DNA from: Alphaproteobacteria bacterium
Lineage (GTDB): Bacteria; Pseudomonadota; Alphaproteobacteria; UBA828
DNA length: 64,000 bases
Direction: 5' to 3'
Assembly (NCBI GenBank): GCA_965220825.1
Contig: OZ244839.1
Location: 2,301,377 to 2,365,376 of the forward strand
The translations under genes were made by a program, and so were the position numbers. Positions 49,403 to 59,126 of the stretch are shown here, piece after piece (the first letter of the stretch is position 1; every line of letters begins with the position of its first letter). The notes beneath the pieces were generated by a model, which saw only the letters and a program-made list of their open reading frames with translations, was not told where the DNA came from and did no database searches.

Positions 49403-49684
49403 ATGGGTTCCGCGACACCGACCCGGCTGATCGAGAACGACCGCGTGCGCGTGACCGAGTGGCACTTCCGGCCCGGAGAGGCGACCGGCTGGCACCGGCA
49501 CGAGTTCGACTATGTGGTGGTGCCGGTCACCACCGGCAAGCTTCACCTGAAGGAGACGGACGGCGAGCGCACCATCGACATCGCCACGGGCTCCCCCTAT
49601 TTCCGCGGCGAGGGCGTCGAGCACGACGTGATCAACCCCAGCGACAAGGACGACGTGATCTTCATCGAGGTGGAGATCAAATAG
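49403..49684 (+). CDS. Small cupin-domain protein
   Basis: 93 aa with a two-His cupin motif (GWHRHEFDYVVVP...GEGVEHDVIN). GAGGGGG RBS. Confidence 0.5.
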   Translation: MGSATPTRLIENDRVRVTEWHFRPGEATGWHRHEFDYVVVPVTTGKLHLKETDGERTIDIATGSPYFRGEGVEHDVINPSDKDDVIFIEVEIK

Positions 49685-49844
49685 GCGCGGCAAGCGGCGC
49701 CGCGCGGGCGGCTTCATCAAGAAACCTTAACAAATCCGTATCATTTCTGCCCGGGCACGGGCGATAGCATCGCTTCCGATCTCGGGCGACTGCGCGGTGT
49801 CGCGGTCGTGCTCGCCGAGACCAATGGAACCCGGAGGAAGCGTC

Positions 49845-50894
49845 GTGACCAAAACACCCATCGCCCTTGCGGCGGCGGCTCTCCTGACGATGGCCATATC
49901 CGCCGCAATGACCGCACAGGCGGATGCCCGAGACCGGATCCGGATCGTCGGCTCGTCGACGGTCTTTCCGTTCTCCACCGCCGTCGCAGAGGAGTTCGGC
50001 AAGACCACCGACTTCAAGACGCCGGTGGTCGAAAGCACGGGCTCCGGCGGCGGACTCAAGCTGTTCTGCGCCGGTATCGGCGTGAGCCACCCCGACATCA
50101 CCAACGCCTCGCGCCGCATCAAGGCCTCCGAGGTCGAGCGCTGCGGCACGAACGGCGTCACCGACATCGCCGAGGTGAAGATCGGCTTCGACGGCATCGT
50201 GCTGGCGAACTCCAAGGCCGTCGCGCCCTTCGAGATCACCCTGCAACAGCTCTTCCTGGCGCTCGCCAAGGACGTGCCCCAGGAGGGAGGCGGGACGATC
50301 CCGAATCCCTACGGGACATGGCGCGATATCGACCCCTCCCTGCCGGACGCCGCCATCGAGGTGCTGGGCCCGCCGCCCACATCCGGCACGCGGGATGCCT
50401 TTGTCGAACTCGCCATGGAAGGCGGCTGCAAGACCTTCGCCGACATCAAGGCGCTGAAGGAGAGCGACAAGGCCCGGTACAAGGCGGTCTGCCACTCGAT
50501 CCGCGAGGACGGGCGGTTTGTCGAAGCGGGCGAGAACGACAATCTCATCGTCCAGAAGCTCGAGGCCAACGGCAACGCGCTCGGCATCTTCGGCTACAGC
50601 TTCCTCGACCAGAACCGCGACAAGGTGCAGGGAAGCATCATCAACGGCGTTGTGCCCACCTTCGACAGCATTGCCGACGGCAGCTATCCGGTCTCCCGCT
50701 CCATGTATTTCTACGTGAAGAAGGCGCATGTGGGCGTGATCCCGGGAATTGCCGAATTTGTCTCGGCTTTTACCGACGAGGACGCCTGGGGCGCCTGGGG
50801 CTATCTCACCGACAAGGGCCTGATCCCGCTCCCGGACGGCGAGCGCGAGGCGATGCGCGAGCAGGCGACGAGCATGGCCCAGCTCCAGATGTAA
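49845..50894 (+). CDS. pstS: PstS-family phosphate-binding periplasmic protein (orphan, no adjacent pstCAB)
   Basis: Signal peptide. GSSTVFPF...ESTGSGGG PBP motif typical of PstS. GTG start with GGAGGA RBS. Confidence 0.65.
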   Translation: MTKTPIALAAAALLTMAISAAMTAQADARDRIRIVGSSTVFPFSTAVAEEFGKTTDFKTPVVESTGSGGGLKLFCAGIGVSHPDITNASRRIKASEVERCGTNGVTDIAEVKIGFDGIVLANSKAVAPFEITLQQLFLALAKDVPQEGGGTIPNPYGTWRDIDPSLPDAAIEVLGPPPTSGTRDAFVELAMEGGCKTFADIKALKESDKARYKAVCHSIREDGRFVEAGENDNLIVQKLEANGNALGIFGYSFLDQNRDKVQGSIINGVVPTFDSIADGSYPVSRSMYFYVKKAHVGVIPGIAEFVSAFTDEDAWGAWGYLTDKGLIPLPDGEREAMREQATSMAQLQM

Positions 50895-51035
50895 CGGAAC
50901 GGCCCGCCATGGGACGAAGGGCGGCGCCTCGACGGCGCCGCCCGCCTCCTCCGCCTCCGACGGGCGGAGCTGCCGGCCGAAGCCCTTACCCCGGATCGAC
51001 GAACCCGCGGACCCGGAGCCCGCACAACGGGTGGC

Positions 51036-51461
51036 TCAGCTCGGCGAGGCGCCGACGATGCGGCCCAAAAGCGGGCTCTGATGCCAGCACACCTGCAGCC
51101 AGACGCCCTCCTTGTGGTACCAGGTCTGGGTGAAGCCCATGAAGCGCTGACGGAAGCCCGCGTCCCGCGGCTTGCCCCGGAAGGTGGAGAAGCCGCTCAC
51201 ATGGCCCGTCGTCCCCCAGACCCTGAAGTTGGTCTCTCGCGGTATCCACTTGAAGTGCTCCCACAGGCCGTCACCGCCGGCGTGGAAATTGATATGGTCG
51301 ATGAACTCCTCCTTGGTCATGCGCCAGGGATAGTCCTCGTCCAGAATCTCGGCGCCCTCGTCGAACGCGCTCCAGAAGGCGTCCAGATCGCCTTCGTTGA
51401 GCCCGCGCATCCAGTCGTTGAAGGCGGCCTCGAGACCGCCGGGGGTGGCATCCTGTTTCAT
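51036..51461 (-). CDS. NTF2-like/SnoaL-like small protein
   Basis: 141 aa from MKQDATPGGLEAAFNDWMRGLNEGDLDAFWSAF. GGAGAG RBS. The upstream part of the 226-aa track ORF was discarded. Confidence 0.4.
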   Translation of the reverse strand: MKQDATPGGLEAAFNDWMRGLNEGDLDAFWSAFDEGAEILDEDYPWRMTKEEFIDHINFHAGGDGLWEHFKWIPRETNFRVWGTTGHVSGFSTFRGKPRDAGFRQRFMGFTQTWYHKEGVWLQVCWHQSPLLGRIVGASPS

Positions 51462-51508
51462 CGCTCTCTCCTCTTGAAATGTCGTCTCGCTGCGCCGTGT
51501 CGGTGGTG

Positions 51509-53284
51509 TCAGGCAGCCCGGGCGCGGAGCGCTGCGCGGCGGGCTTCGGTTGCGGCGGCGTCGACTTCGAGAGCCTCCGTCAACACCACGCCATAGGCCT
51601 CGAATGCGTGCTCCCGCGTACAGAAATCGTCCAATACGTCCTCGCGCACCTGCGCCGCCGGACGGTCCAGCGGATCGCCGTAGCCTCCGCCGCAGGGGCC
51701 CAGGAAGCCGATGCAATCGCCGGCCCGGTTGCGGAGCCCGTGGATCTTGGCCGGCAGGTCCTCCACATCGTCCGGGTTCGCGATGTTGTATTTGACGAGC
51801 CGCCCGCCCTGCCCGCGCGTGCCGCCCCGGAAGCCCCAGGGCGGGTCGTCGTGGCGGTCCGCCTCATGGGTAAGGAAACCCGGCGTCAGGTAGCGCTGCA
51901 CCTTGATCACCCCGATGCCGCCCCGATGGCGGCCGGCACCGGGCATTACGTCGTCCCTGAGCTCGTAGCGGTCGCAGAGCAGCGGCAGGTGCATGCCTAG
52001 ATCCTCGATGGGATTGTTGCGGGTGTTCCGCATCAGCTCCTCGATGGTGTCGGGGCCGTCGGAGGCCGGACGTCCGCCGCAGGCGCCTTCGTTCACCTCG
52101 ATGAAGACCCAATAGTCGCCGTCGGGCCTGACGCCGGAATAGGCGATGGCCGAGACGTCCGCCGAGGAGCCGGCGGTGACCTTTTCCGGGATCGCCGGGG
52201 CGAGCGCCTTGGCGATGCAATCCACCACCCGTTGAATCTGGTTGAAGCGCGCCTCCGCCGACGCCGGATATTCCGGGTTGAAGATGGTGCCTTTGGGAGC
52301 GATCACCTCGATGGGGCGGAAGGAGCCCTCGTTTTGCGGCACATGCTCCCGGGTGGTCGCGCTGTCCAGCAGCAGGGCGCGGAAGGCGAAGTAGCACGCC
52401 ACCTTGGTGGAACCTTCGAAGGGCACGTTGAAGGCGGTCGGCACCTGGGGCGAGGAGCCGGTGAGGTCCACCTGCACGGAATCGCCCTGGATGCGGACCG
52501 CCACCTTGACGGGGAGCGGCACGCCCCTGGTGCGCCCGTCGTCGTCGAGGAAGCCCTCGGCCTTGTATTCGCCGTCCGGGATCGCCGCGATCTGGCGGCG
52601 CAGCATGCGCTCCGAATAATCCATGAGCTGCTCGGTCGCGCGGAACACCGTCTCCTTGCCGTGCTGGTCGAGGAGTTCGCGGAAACGCCGGACTCCGAGC
52701 TCGGCGGAGGCCACCTGGGCCTCGATGTCCCCCATCACCTGGCTCGGCACCCGCGTGTTGGTCTCGATGAACTGCCAGAGCGCCCGGTTGCGCTCGCCGC
52801 CCTCATAGAGCTTCACGCCCTTGAACAGCATGCCCTCGGCGAAGACGTCCGGTACGTCGATGATCAGTCCGGGCGTCGCCGCGCCGATATCCACATGGTG
52901 CGCCGTGTTGGCGGAAAAGCCCACCAGCTCGCCGTCATGGAAGACCGGCGCCACCACGGCGATGTCCGGCGAGTGGCTCGCGCCGTAATAGGGATGGTTG
53001 TGCAGCACGATATCGCCCGGCTGCCAGGGGTCGTGCAGGGTCGCGTCGATACCGCGGAGATAGGCCGGGATGGAGCCGATATGCATGGGCGTGGAATCGG
53101 ATTCGCAGAGCGTGTTGAAGGCGCGGTCGAAGAGGCCCGCGCCGAGATCCTCCGATTCCCGGATGATCGACGAGTAGGACATGCGGTAGAGCACATGCCC
53201 CATCTCCTTGGCGATGGTATGCAACGAGCCCCCGATCACCTGCAGGGTGACGGGATCGATCCTCTCGTCCGTATGGGCTGTCAT
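51509..53284 (-). CDS. hyuB: Hydantoinase B/oxoprolinase family protein (HyuB, set 2)
   Basis: 591 aa. DPVTLQVIGGSLHTIAKEMGHVLYRMSYSSIIRESEDLGAGLFD N-terminus. Confidence 0.85.
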   Translation of the reverse strand: MTAHTDERIDPVTLQVIGGSLHTIAKEMGHVLYRMSYSSIIRESEDLGAGLFDRAFNTLCESDSTPMHIGSIPAYLRGIDATLHDPWQPGDIVLHNHPYYGASHSPDIAVVAPVFHDGELVGFSANTAHHVDIGAATPGLIIDVPDVFAEGMLFKGVKLYEGGERNRALWQFIETNTRVPSQVMGDIEAQVASAELGVRRFRELLDQHGKETVFRATEQLMDYSERMLRRQIAAIPDGEYKAEGFLDDDGRTRGVPLPVKVAVRIQGDSVQVDLTGSSPQVPTAFNVPFEGSTKVACYFAFRALLLDSATTREHVPQNEGSFRPIEVIAPKGTIFNPEYPASAEARFNQIQRVVDCIAKALAPAIPEKVTAGSSADVSAIAYSGVRPDGDYWVFIEVNEGACGGRPASDGPDTIEELMRNTRNNPIEDLGMHLPLLCDRYELRDDVMPGAGRHRGGIGVIKVQRYLTPGFLTHEADRHDDPPWGFRGGTRGQGGRLVKYNIANPDDVEDLPAKIHGLRNRAGDCIGFLGPCGGGYGDPLDRPAAQVREDVLDDFCTREHAFEAYGVVLTEALEVDAAATEARRAALRARAA

Positions 53285-55380
53285 GGCGTACCGGCCTCCC
53301 TGACGTGAAGGTTGCCCGACCGGGCGACCGCCGCCTCGCAGCCCGGCGGCACCAAGGTGGTGGAATCGGTCTGGATCACGATGGCCGGGCCGTCGATGAA
53401 CTGGCCGGCGCGGAGTCTCCCGCGGTCGAAGCGGGGCGTCTCGCGCGCCTCTCCGTCGTCGAAGATCGTGGTGCGGCTGTAGAGCTCTGCATCGTCCGGA
53501 TTGCGGCCCTCGCTCGCGGGCGTCTCGGGCCAGCGCAGTGTGTCCATGGCAACGGTGGCCACGACGCGGAGCGTGATGATCTCCACATCCTGGTCCTCGA
53601 AGGCGTGGCCGTAGTCCTGGCGGTGCTGGGCGTGGAAGCTTGCCAGCAGCGCGTCGCGGTTCTCCAGGGTGAGCGGTCCCTCAGGCATGCCGCCCCGCAG
53701 TTCGAAGCCCTGCCCCCGATAGCGGCACTCCGCGACCTTGGCGATGCGCCGCGCCGCCGCGGGCACGCCGTCCGCAGCGAGCGCGTCCCGGGCCTCGCGC
53801 ACCAGCGCGTCCGTTTCCGCGTTTAGCATGTCGATCTCGTCCCGGGTCGCCTGGGTGAGCACGCAGAGCACCGAGCGCGTGAACTCGTAGCGCATGTCGG
53901 TGGCGAGGAGGCCGGTGGCGGCGTTGATGCCGGGTGCGGGCGGGACGATCACCTCGCGGGCGAAGACCGAGCGCGCGAGCGCCATGCCGTGCAGCGGGCC
54001 CGCGCCGCCGAAGGCCACCAGCGCGTAGTCCCGGGGATCGACGCCTTTGGCGACGGAGTTGGCGCGGATCGCGAGCGACATGTTGGAATCGATCACGCGT
54101 ATCGCGCCGAGCGCCGCCTCCTCGACGGACATGTTCAAGGGGCCGCAGAGCGTGTCCTCGATCGCCGCATGGGCCTTGGCCGGATCGATCTCGATGCCGA
54201 CGCCCGCGAACTGCTCCACATCGAGCCGGCCCAGCACGACCTGTGCATCGGTCACCGTGGCGTGCACGCCGCCCCGCCCGTAGCAGGCGGGCCCCGGCGC
54301 CGCACCGGCCGAGCGCGGGCCCACGCGGAAGGCGCCGCCCTCGTCGACATAGGCGATGGAGCCGCCGCCCGCGCCGATGGTGGCGAGATCGATCATGGGC
54401 GCGAGGATGGGATAGCCGCCCACCTGGGTGTCCCGCGGGTTCATGATGCGGACCTCGCCGTCGGGCACCACGCTGATGTCGGCGGAGGTACCGCCGATAT
54501 CCACGGTGATCAGGTTGCGCGTCTCCGCCATGTCGCCGGCCCACTTGCCCCCGATCACCCCGCCGGCGGGCCCGGACATGAGGATCGTCACCGGGCGCGC
54601 CGCCGCGCCTGCGAGGGTGGTGACGCCGCCATTGGACTGCATGACCCGGATCGGGGCGGAGACTCCGTTCTCGCGCAGCGCGGTGGCGAGGTTGTTCAGA
54701 TAGAAGGAGGCGCGCGGCCCGATGAAGGCGTTCATGGCCGCGGTCGAGAAGCGTTCATATTCGCGGATCACGTCCACCACCTCGAACGAGCAGCTCGCAT
54801 GCACGCCGGGCATGATGGACGTCACGATCTCCTTCGCGCGGCGCTCATGCGCGTCGTTGAGGAAGGAAAAGAGAAAGCAGACGACGACCGCGTCGACGTC
54901 CCGCGCCTTCAGAAGCTCCGCGGCGGCGGCCACCTCCGCCTCGTCGAGCGGCGTCTCCACCCGCCCGTCCGGCGGCAGGATGCGCTCGGTAATGGGGAGC
55001 CGGTTGCGCCGCTTGACCAGCGGGCGGGATTGCCAGGGCACGTCGAACTGGACCGAGAAGTTGTGCGGCCGCTTGTGACGCGCCATGTGCAGAATGTCGC
55101 GGAAGCCCCGGGTCGTGAGCATGCCCACCTCGGCGCCGGAATATTCGATCACCGTATTGGTGGCGACCGTGGTGCCGTGCACGATCTGCGTGACCGCGCC
55201 CGGCGAGATGCCGGCCTCCTCGCAGATCTCCAGCACCCCGCGGATCACCGCGCGCGATTGATCGTCGGGCGTGCTCGGCACCTTGTGGACGAAGACCCGC
55301 CCCGCGCCGTCGGCTTCGTCCCCAGGCTCCAGAATGAGGTCCGTGAACGTCCCTCCGACATCGACGCCAATTCTCGCCAT
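53281..55380 (-). CDS. hyuA: Hydantoinase A/oxoprolinase family protein (HyuA, set 2)
   Basis: MARIGVDVGGTFTDLIL, DIGGTSADISVV. 4-bp overlap with hyuB2. Confidence 0.85.
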   Translation of the reverse strand: MARIGVDVGGTFTDLILEPGDEADGAGRVFVHKVPSTPDDQSRAVIRGVLEICEEAGISPGAVTQIVHGTTVATNTVIEYSGAEVGMLTTRGFRDILHMARHKRPHNFSVQFDVPWQSRPLVKRRNRLPITERILPPDGRVETPLDEAEVAAAAELLKARDVDAVVVCFLFSFLNDAHERRAKEIVTSIMPGVHASCSFEVVDVIREYERFSTAAMNAFIGPRASFYLNNLATALRENGVSAPIRVMQSNGGVTTLAGAAARPVTILMSGPAGGVIGGKWAGDMAETRNLITVDIGGTSADISVVPDGEVRIMNPRDTQVGGYPILAPMIDLATIGAGGGSIAYVDEGGAFRVGPRSAGAAPGPACYGRGGVHATVTDAQVVLGRLDVEQFAGVGIEIDPAKAHAAIEDTLCGPLNMSVEEAALGAIRVIDSNMSLAIRANSVAKGVDPRDYALVAFGGAGPLHGMALARSVFAREVIVPPAPGINAATGLLATDMRYEFTRSVLCVLTQATRDEIDMLNAETDALVREARDALAADGVPAAARRIAKVAECRYRGQGFELRGGMPEGPLTLENRDALLASFHAQHRQDYGHAFEDQDVEIITLRVVATVAMDTLRWPETPASEGRNPDDAELYSRTTIFDDGEARETPRFDRGRLRAGQFIDGPAIVIQTDSTTLVPPGCEAAVARSGNLHVREAGTP

Positions 55381-55451
55381 GGCCGCTCCCGCAGGAAAAG
55401 ATTGCGCGCCGCGCCATCATATCGGCGGCGCCGGGCCAGGATAAGGGGCTG

Positions 55452-55784
55452 TCCTCGTTCAGGACGTTTGAGACGCTGGGTTTTTTTCGGCTGTCACGTT
55501 GGCAAGCTATTCGGCCGGGGTTTGTCCGCCAAGCGCCAGGTTGGGTCTGATGGTATTGAACGCGTCGGCGAAGGCGTCGCCCCAACGCGCTGCCCTTTTT
55601 TTCGGTGCGCGGGTCTCCAGGCTCGCATTTTTCTTCTCCTCGAAAACAAAAACATGCGGGCCTGGAGACCCGCGCACCAAACCAAAGATGATGGTTTTCT
55701 CGAGGTCGATGTGTCCACCAACCGCGCCGGAGACCCCCAACCTCGTTTCAAGAGCCGCGTCTCATACCTGTCTGAACTTGCGCA
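55452..55784 (+). mobile_element. IS-derived MITE-like repeat, copy 3 (most complete). Hairpin at 55604-55678. The transposase C-terminal tail remnant is readable on the minus strand.
   Basis: The minus-strand translation ends ...AFNTIRPNLALGGQTPAE*, the canonical tail of rve-type (IS3/IS481-like) transposases. TIR-like ends ctcgttcaggacgtttgagacgc / gcgtctcatacctgtctgaac. Confidence 0.7.
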
Positions 55785-55807
55785 GGGTAGGCGGGCAGGC
55801 GGGCCGT

Positions 55808-56800
55808 TCAGGCGGCGTTGCGGCTCTCCGGGCCCGGCGGAGGCAGGAGCGCGAGCGCCGCCTCCACCACTTCGGCGCCTGCACCGGGGCGGGCGCCGTC
55901 GCGGGTGAGCGTGCGCCGCCAGGCGCGGGCGCCCGGCGTGCCTGCGAAGAGCCCCAGCATGTGGCGCGCGATACGGTGGAGCGGAACGCCTGCCGCGCGC
56001 TGCCGGCCGATATAGGGCAGCATGGCCCGCGCCGCCGCGCGGCGGTCCGGCGGGGCGTGCGAGAAGACACCGAAGATGCGGCCGTCCGCCGCAGCCAGCA
56101 TGGCCGGATCCCCATAGGCGGCGCGGCCGATCATCACGCCGTCCACTTGGGCGCGATGCGCTTCCGCCGCCGCGAGGCTTGTCACGCCGCCGTTCAGCAC
56201 GATCTCGAGCGCCGGCAAATCCTGCTTCAGGCGATAGACGTCCTCATAACGGAGCGGCGGCACCTCGCGGTTCTGCGCCGGCGTAAGCCCGCCGAGCACG
56301 GCGATTCGGGCGTGGACGGCGAAGCTCCGGACGCCGGCGGCGGCCACCGTCTCCACGAAGGACTTGAGATCCCCATAGGCGCCGCGCCCCTCGATGCCGA
56401 TGCGGCACTTGACCGTCACCGGCAGGTCCACCGCACCCGCCATGGCACCGACGCAGCGCGCCACCAGAGCGGGCTCGGCCATGAGCGCCGCACCGAAGCG
56501 GCCCGCCCGCACCCGGTCGCTCGGACAACCCACATTGAGGTTGATCTCGTCATAACCGAAGGCCTGGCCGATCTCGGCGGCACGGGCGAGGGCCTCCGGC
56601 TCGGACCCGCCGAGCTGGAGCGCGAGCGGGTGCTCCGCCGGATCGAAGCCGAGCAACCGCTCACGCTCCCCGTGAAGCACGGCCGCCGCCGTCACCATCT
56701 CCGTATAGAGCAGCGTGCGCCGCGTGAAGAGCCGCAGGAAATACCGCCCGTGCCTGTCCGTCCGCGCCATCATGGGCGCAACGCTCAGCCTGCGGTCCAT
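55808..56800 (-). CDS. dusA: tRNA-dihydrouridine(20/20a) synthase
   Basis: MDRRLSVAPMMARTDRHGRYFLR, NLNVGCP, KCRIG motifs. 331 aa. The upstream part of the 840-aa track ORF is artefact. Confidence 0.85.
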   Translation of the reverse strand: MDRRLSVAPMMARTDRHGRYFLRLFTRRTLLYTEMVTAAAVLHGERERLLGFDPAEHPLALQLGGSEPEALARAAEIGQAFGYDEINLNVGCPSDRVRAGRFGAALMAEPALVARCVGAMAGAVDLPVTVKCRIGIEGRGAYGDLKSFVETVAAAGVRSFAVHARIAVLGGLTPAQNREVPPLRYEDVYRLKQDLPALEIVLNGGVTSLAAAEAHRAQVDGVMIGRAAYGDPAMLAAADGRIFGVFSHAPPDRRAAARAMLPYIGRQRAAGVPLHRIARHMLGLFAGTPGARAWRRTLTRDGARPGAGAEVVEAALALLPPPGPESRNAA

Positions 56801-57028
56801 CCCGCCCGCTCCGTGCCATATCGCCCGCGGAGGGTAGCACGGCTTGGGGGTCGCGCCCGCATCCGGCGCCGGACGGCCGGGCGGCTCTCCGGCTGCGCTT
56901 TCGGGGGTCATGGGTCGAGGAGGGTCGCCCGGGGCCCGCCGCTCGCATGGGCGGGCGGTGCGTGTTATCCAGCGTCCTGTGCCCGGGCGGGCGTGGATGC
57001 CGGGGCGGGGCGTCGAGTGGAGTGCATG

Positions 57029-58024
57029 ATGACCGAGACTTACAGAGCGCTTGTGGTCGACCGGCAAGGCGACGAGACGGTTGCCGAGATCCGGACCTTG
57101 AGCGCGGACGACCTGCCGCCCGGCGATGTCACGGTGCGGATCGACTGGTCCACCCTCAACTACAAGGACGGCCTCGCGCTCACCGGGAGCGCGCCCATCA
57201 TCCGGCGCACGCCCATGACGGCGGGGATCGACTTCGCCGGAACGGTGGAGAAGAGCGAGTCCGCCGACTTCGCGCCGGGGCAGGCGGTGGTGCTCACCGG
57301 ATGGGGCGTCGGCGAGCGCCATCCCGGCGGGCTCGCGCAGCGCGCGCGGGTGGACGCCGGCTGGCTCGAAGCGGTCCCCGACGGATGCGACACCAAGTGG
57401 GCGATGGCGATCGGCACGGCGGGCTTCACCGCCATGCTGTGCATCATCGCACTCGAGGATGCGGGGCTCGCCCCGGGCAACGGCCCGGTGGCGGTCACCG
57501 GCGCCGGCGGCGGGGTCGGCAGTGTCGCCGTCGCCCTGCTCGCGCGCCTCGGCTACGAGACCTGTGCCATCACCGGCCGCGAGGAATGCCACGGCTATCT
57601 CAAGGAACTCGGCGCACGCGAGGTGCTGCCGCGGGGCGAACGTGCGGAGCTTCCGGCGAAACCGCTCCTCAAGGAGCGCTGGGCCGGTGCCGTGGACACG
57701 GTGGGCGGCGCCATGCTGGCCCACATCCTGGCGGAGACACGCTATGGCGGCGCGGTCGCGGCCTGCGGCCTTGCCGGCGGCGCGGGGCTCAAGACCACGG
57801 TGATGCCCTTCATCCTGCGCGGCGTGGACCTGCTCGGCATCGATTCCGTGATGTGCCCGCGCACACCCCGCCGCGCCGCCTGGCAACGCCTGGCCCAGGA
57901 CCTGCCGCAGGAGGCGCTCGCGGCGATGACGGAGACGGTGCCGCTCGGGCAGGTGACGGCGCGCGCCGCCGAGATCCTCAAGGGCCGCGTGCGGGGGCGC
58001 CTTGTGGTGGACGTGAATGGCTGA
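57029..58024 (+). CDS. acuI: YhdH/AcuI-type NADPH-dependent acrylyl-CoA/quinone reductase (MDR family)
   Basis: MTETYRALVVDRQGDE...IDWSTLNYKDGLALTG...VAVTGAGGGVGSVAV, diagnostic of YhdH/AcuI. Confidence 0.7.
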   Translation: MTETYRALVVDRQGDETVAEIRTLSADDLPPGDVTVRIDWSTLNYKDGLALTGSAPIIRRTPMTAGIDFAGTVEKSESADFAPGQAVVLTGWGVGERHPGGLAQRARVDAGWLEAVPDGCDTKWAMAIGTAGFTAMLCIIALEDAGLAPGNGPVAVTGAGGGVGSVAVALLARLGYETCAITGREECHGYLKELGAREVLPRGERAELPAKPLLKERWAGAVDTVGGAMLAHILAETRYGGAVAACGLAGGAGLKTTVMPFILRGVDLLGIDSVMCPRTPRRAAWQRLAQDLPQEALAAMTETVPLGQVTARAAEILKGRVRGRLVVDVNG

Positions 58025-58988
58025 GAGCGAGGCGACGTCGCCGGCGCCCGGCGCGGTTCGCGACGTCGCGCTCCTCGGCACCGGCACCATCGGCGCGAGC
58101 TGGGCGACCTTTTTTCTCGCGCGCGGGCTTTCCATCACGGCCTGGGACCCGGCGCCTGAGGCCGAAGACGGCCTGCGGCGCTTCGTCGAAGAGGCCTGGC
58201 CCGTCATGACCCGCTTCGGCCTCGCACCGGATGCGGCGCCCGGGCGCATCCGCATGGTGAAGGAGCCCGCGGCGGCCGTCGAAGGGGCGGGCTTCGTGCA
58301 GGAGAACGCGCCGGAAGACAAGGCGCTCAAGCGCGATCTCTACCGGCGGATCGACGACGCGCTGCCGGCGGGCGCGGTGCTTGCGTCCAGCACCTCCGGG
58401 CTCTTGATGAGCGAACTCCAGGAAGGGCTCCGGAGCGGCGCGCGCTTCGTGGTGGGGCACCCCTTCAACCCGCCCCATCTGGTGCCCCTCGTCGAGGTGG
58501 TCGGCGGACGCGGCACCGACCCTACGATCGTCGACTGGGCCGTCGCGTTCTACAACGCTCTCGGCAAGCGGGCGATCCGGGTGGAGCGCGAGGTCCCCGG
58601 CCATATCGCCAACCGGCTCCAGGCGGCACTGCTGCGGGAGGCCTTCCATCTGCTGCTCTCGGGCACGGCGAGCGCCGACGATATCGACGCCGCGGTGGCC
58701 TGCGGCCCGGGGCTCCGCTGGGCGTTCATGGGACCGTTCCTCACCATGCATCTCGCCGGCGGCGATGGCGGCGGGCAGGCGGCGCTCGAGCATTTCGGAC
58801 CCGCGCTGGAAAGCTGGTGGGCGGATTTCGGCACCCCCCGGCTCGACCGCGATGCCTTGGCGGTGCTGGCGCAAGCGGCGGGCGGCGCCGGTGGCGGGCG
58901 GCCCATGGCCGAACTCGCGGCGGAACGGGATTCGAAGCTTCTCGCCCTGCTCGAAGCGCTCTCCCGGCCCGACCCCGCGGCGGGCTAG
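58017..58988 (+). CDS. 3-hydroxyacyl-CoA dehydrogenase family protein (L-carnitine dehydrogenase-like)
   Basis: LLGTGTIGASWA Rossmann motif, HPFNPPHLVPLVEVV core. Confidence 0.7.
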   Translation: MAESEATSPAPGAVRDVALLGTGTIGASWATFFLARGLSITAWDPAPEAEDGLRRFVEEAWPVMTRFGLAPDAAPGRIRMVKEPAAAVEGAGFVQENAPEDKALKRDLYRRIDDALPAGAVLASSTSGLLMSELQEGLRSGARFVVGHPFNPPHLVPLVEVVGGRGTDPTIVDWAVAFYNALGKRAIRVEREVPGHIANRLQAALLREAFHLLLSGTASADDIDAAVACGPGLRWAFMGPFLTMHLAGGDGGGQAALEHFGPALESWWADFGTPRLDRDALAVLAQAAGGAGGGRPMAELAAERDSKLLALLEALSRPDPAAG

Positions 58989-59126
58989 CGCGACGCCTCG
59001 AAGACCGGCACCCGCTCGGGGACAGCGCTGCCAACGAAGCGGACGTGGTATCGTGGGCCGTGCGCCCGCACGCAGAATGCGGGAGCGAAAGCGGGCGGCA
59101 GGCCTGGGCAAGCGAGGGACGGATCG

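Noticed and set aside
55808-56800. dusA as an integration hotspot for a genomic island (MITE copy adjacent)
   Set aside because: dusA-targeting integrases insert at the 5' end of dusA. Here the repeat is at the 3' end, no integrase is present, and the 5' flank (56801-57028) is a short ordinary divergent promoter region.
55808-58330. 840-aa minus-strand ORF
   Set aside because: Only the last 331 aa (from MDRRLSVAPMM at 56800) are DusA. The remainder is the antisense of the acuI and 3-hydroxyacyl-CoA dehydrogenase genes and has an Arg/Pro/Gly-rich composition.
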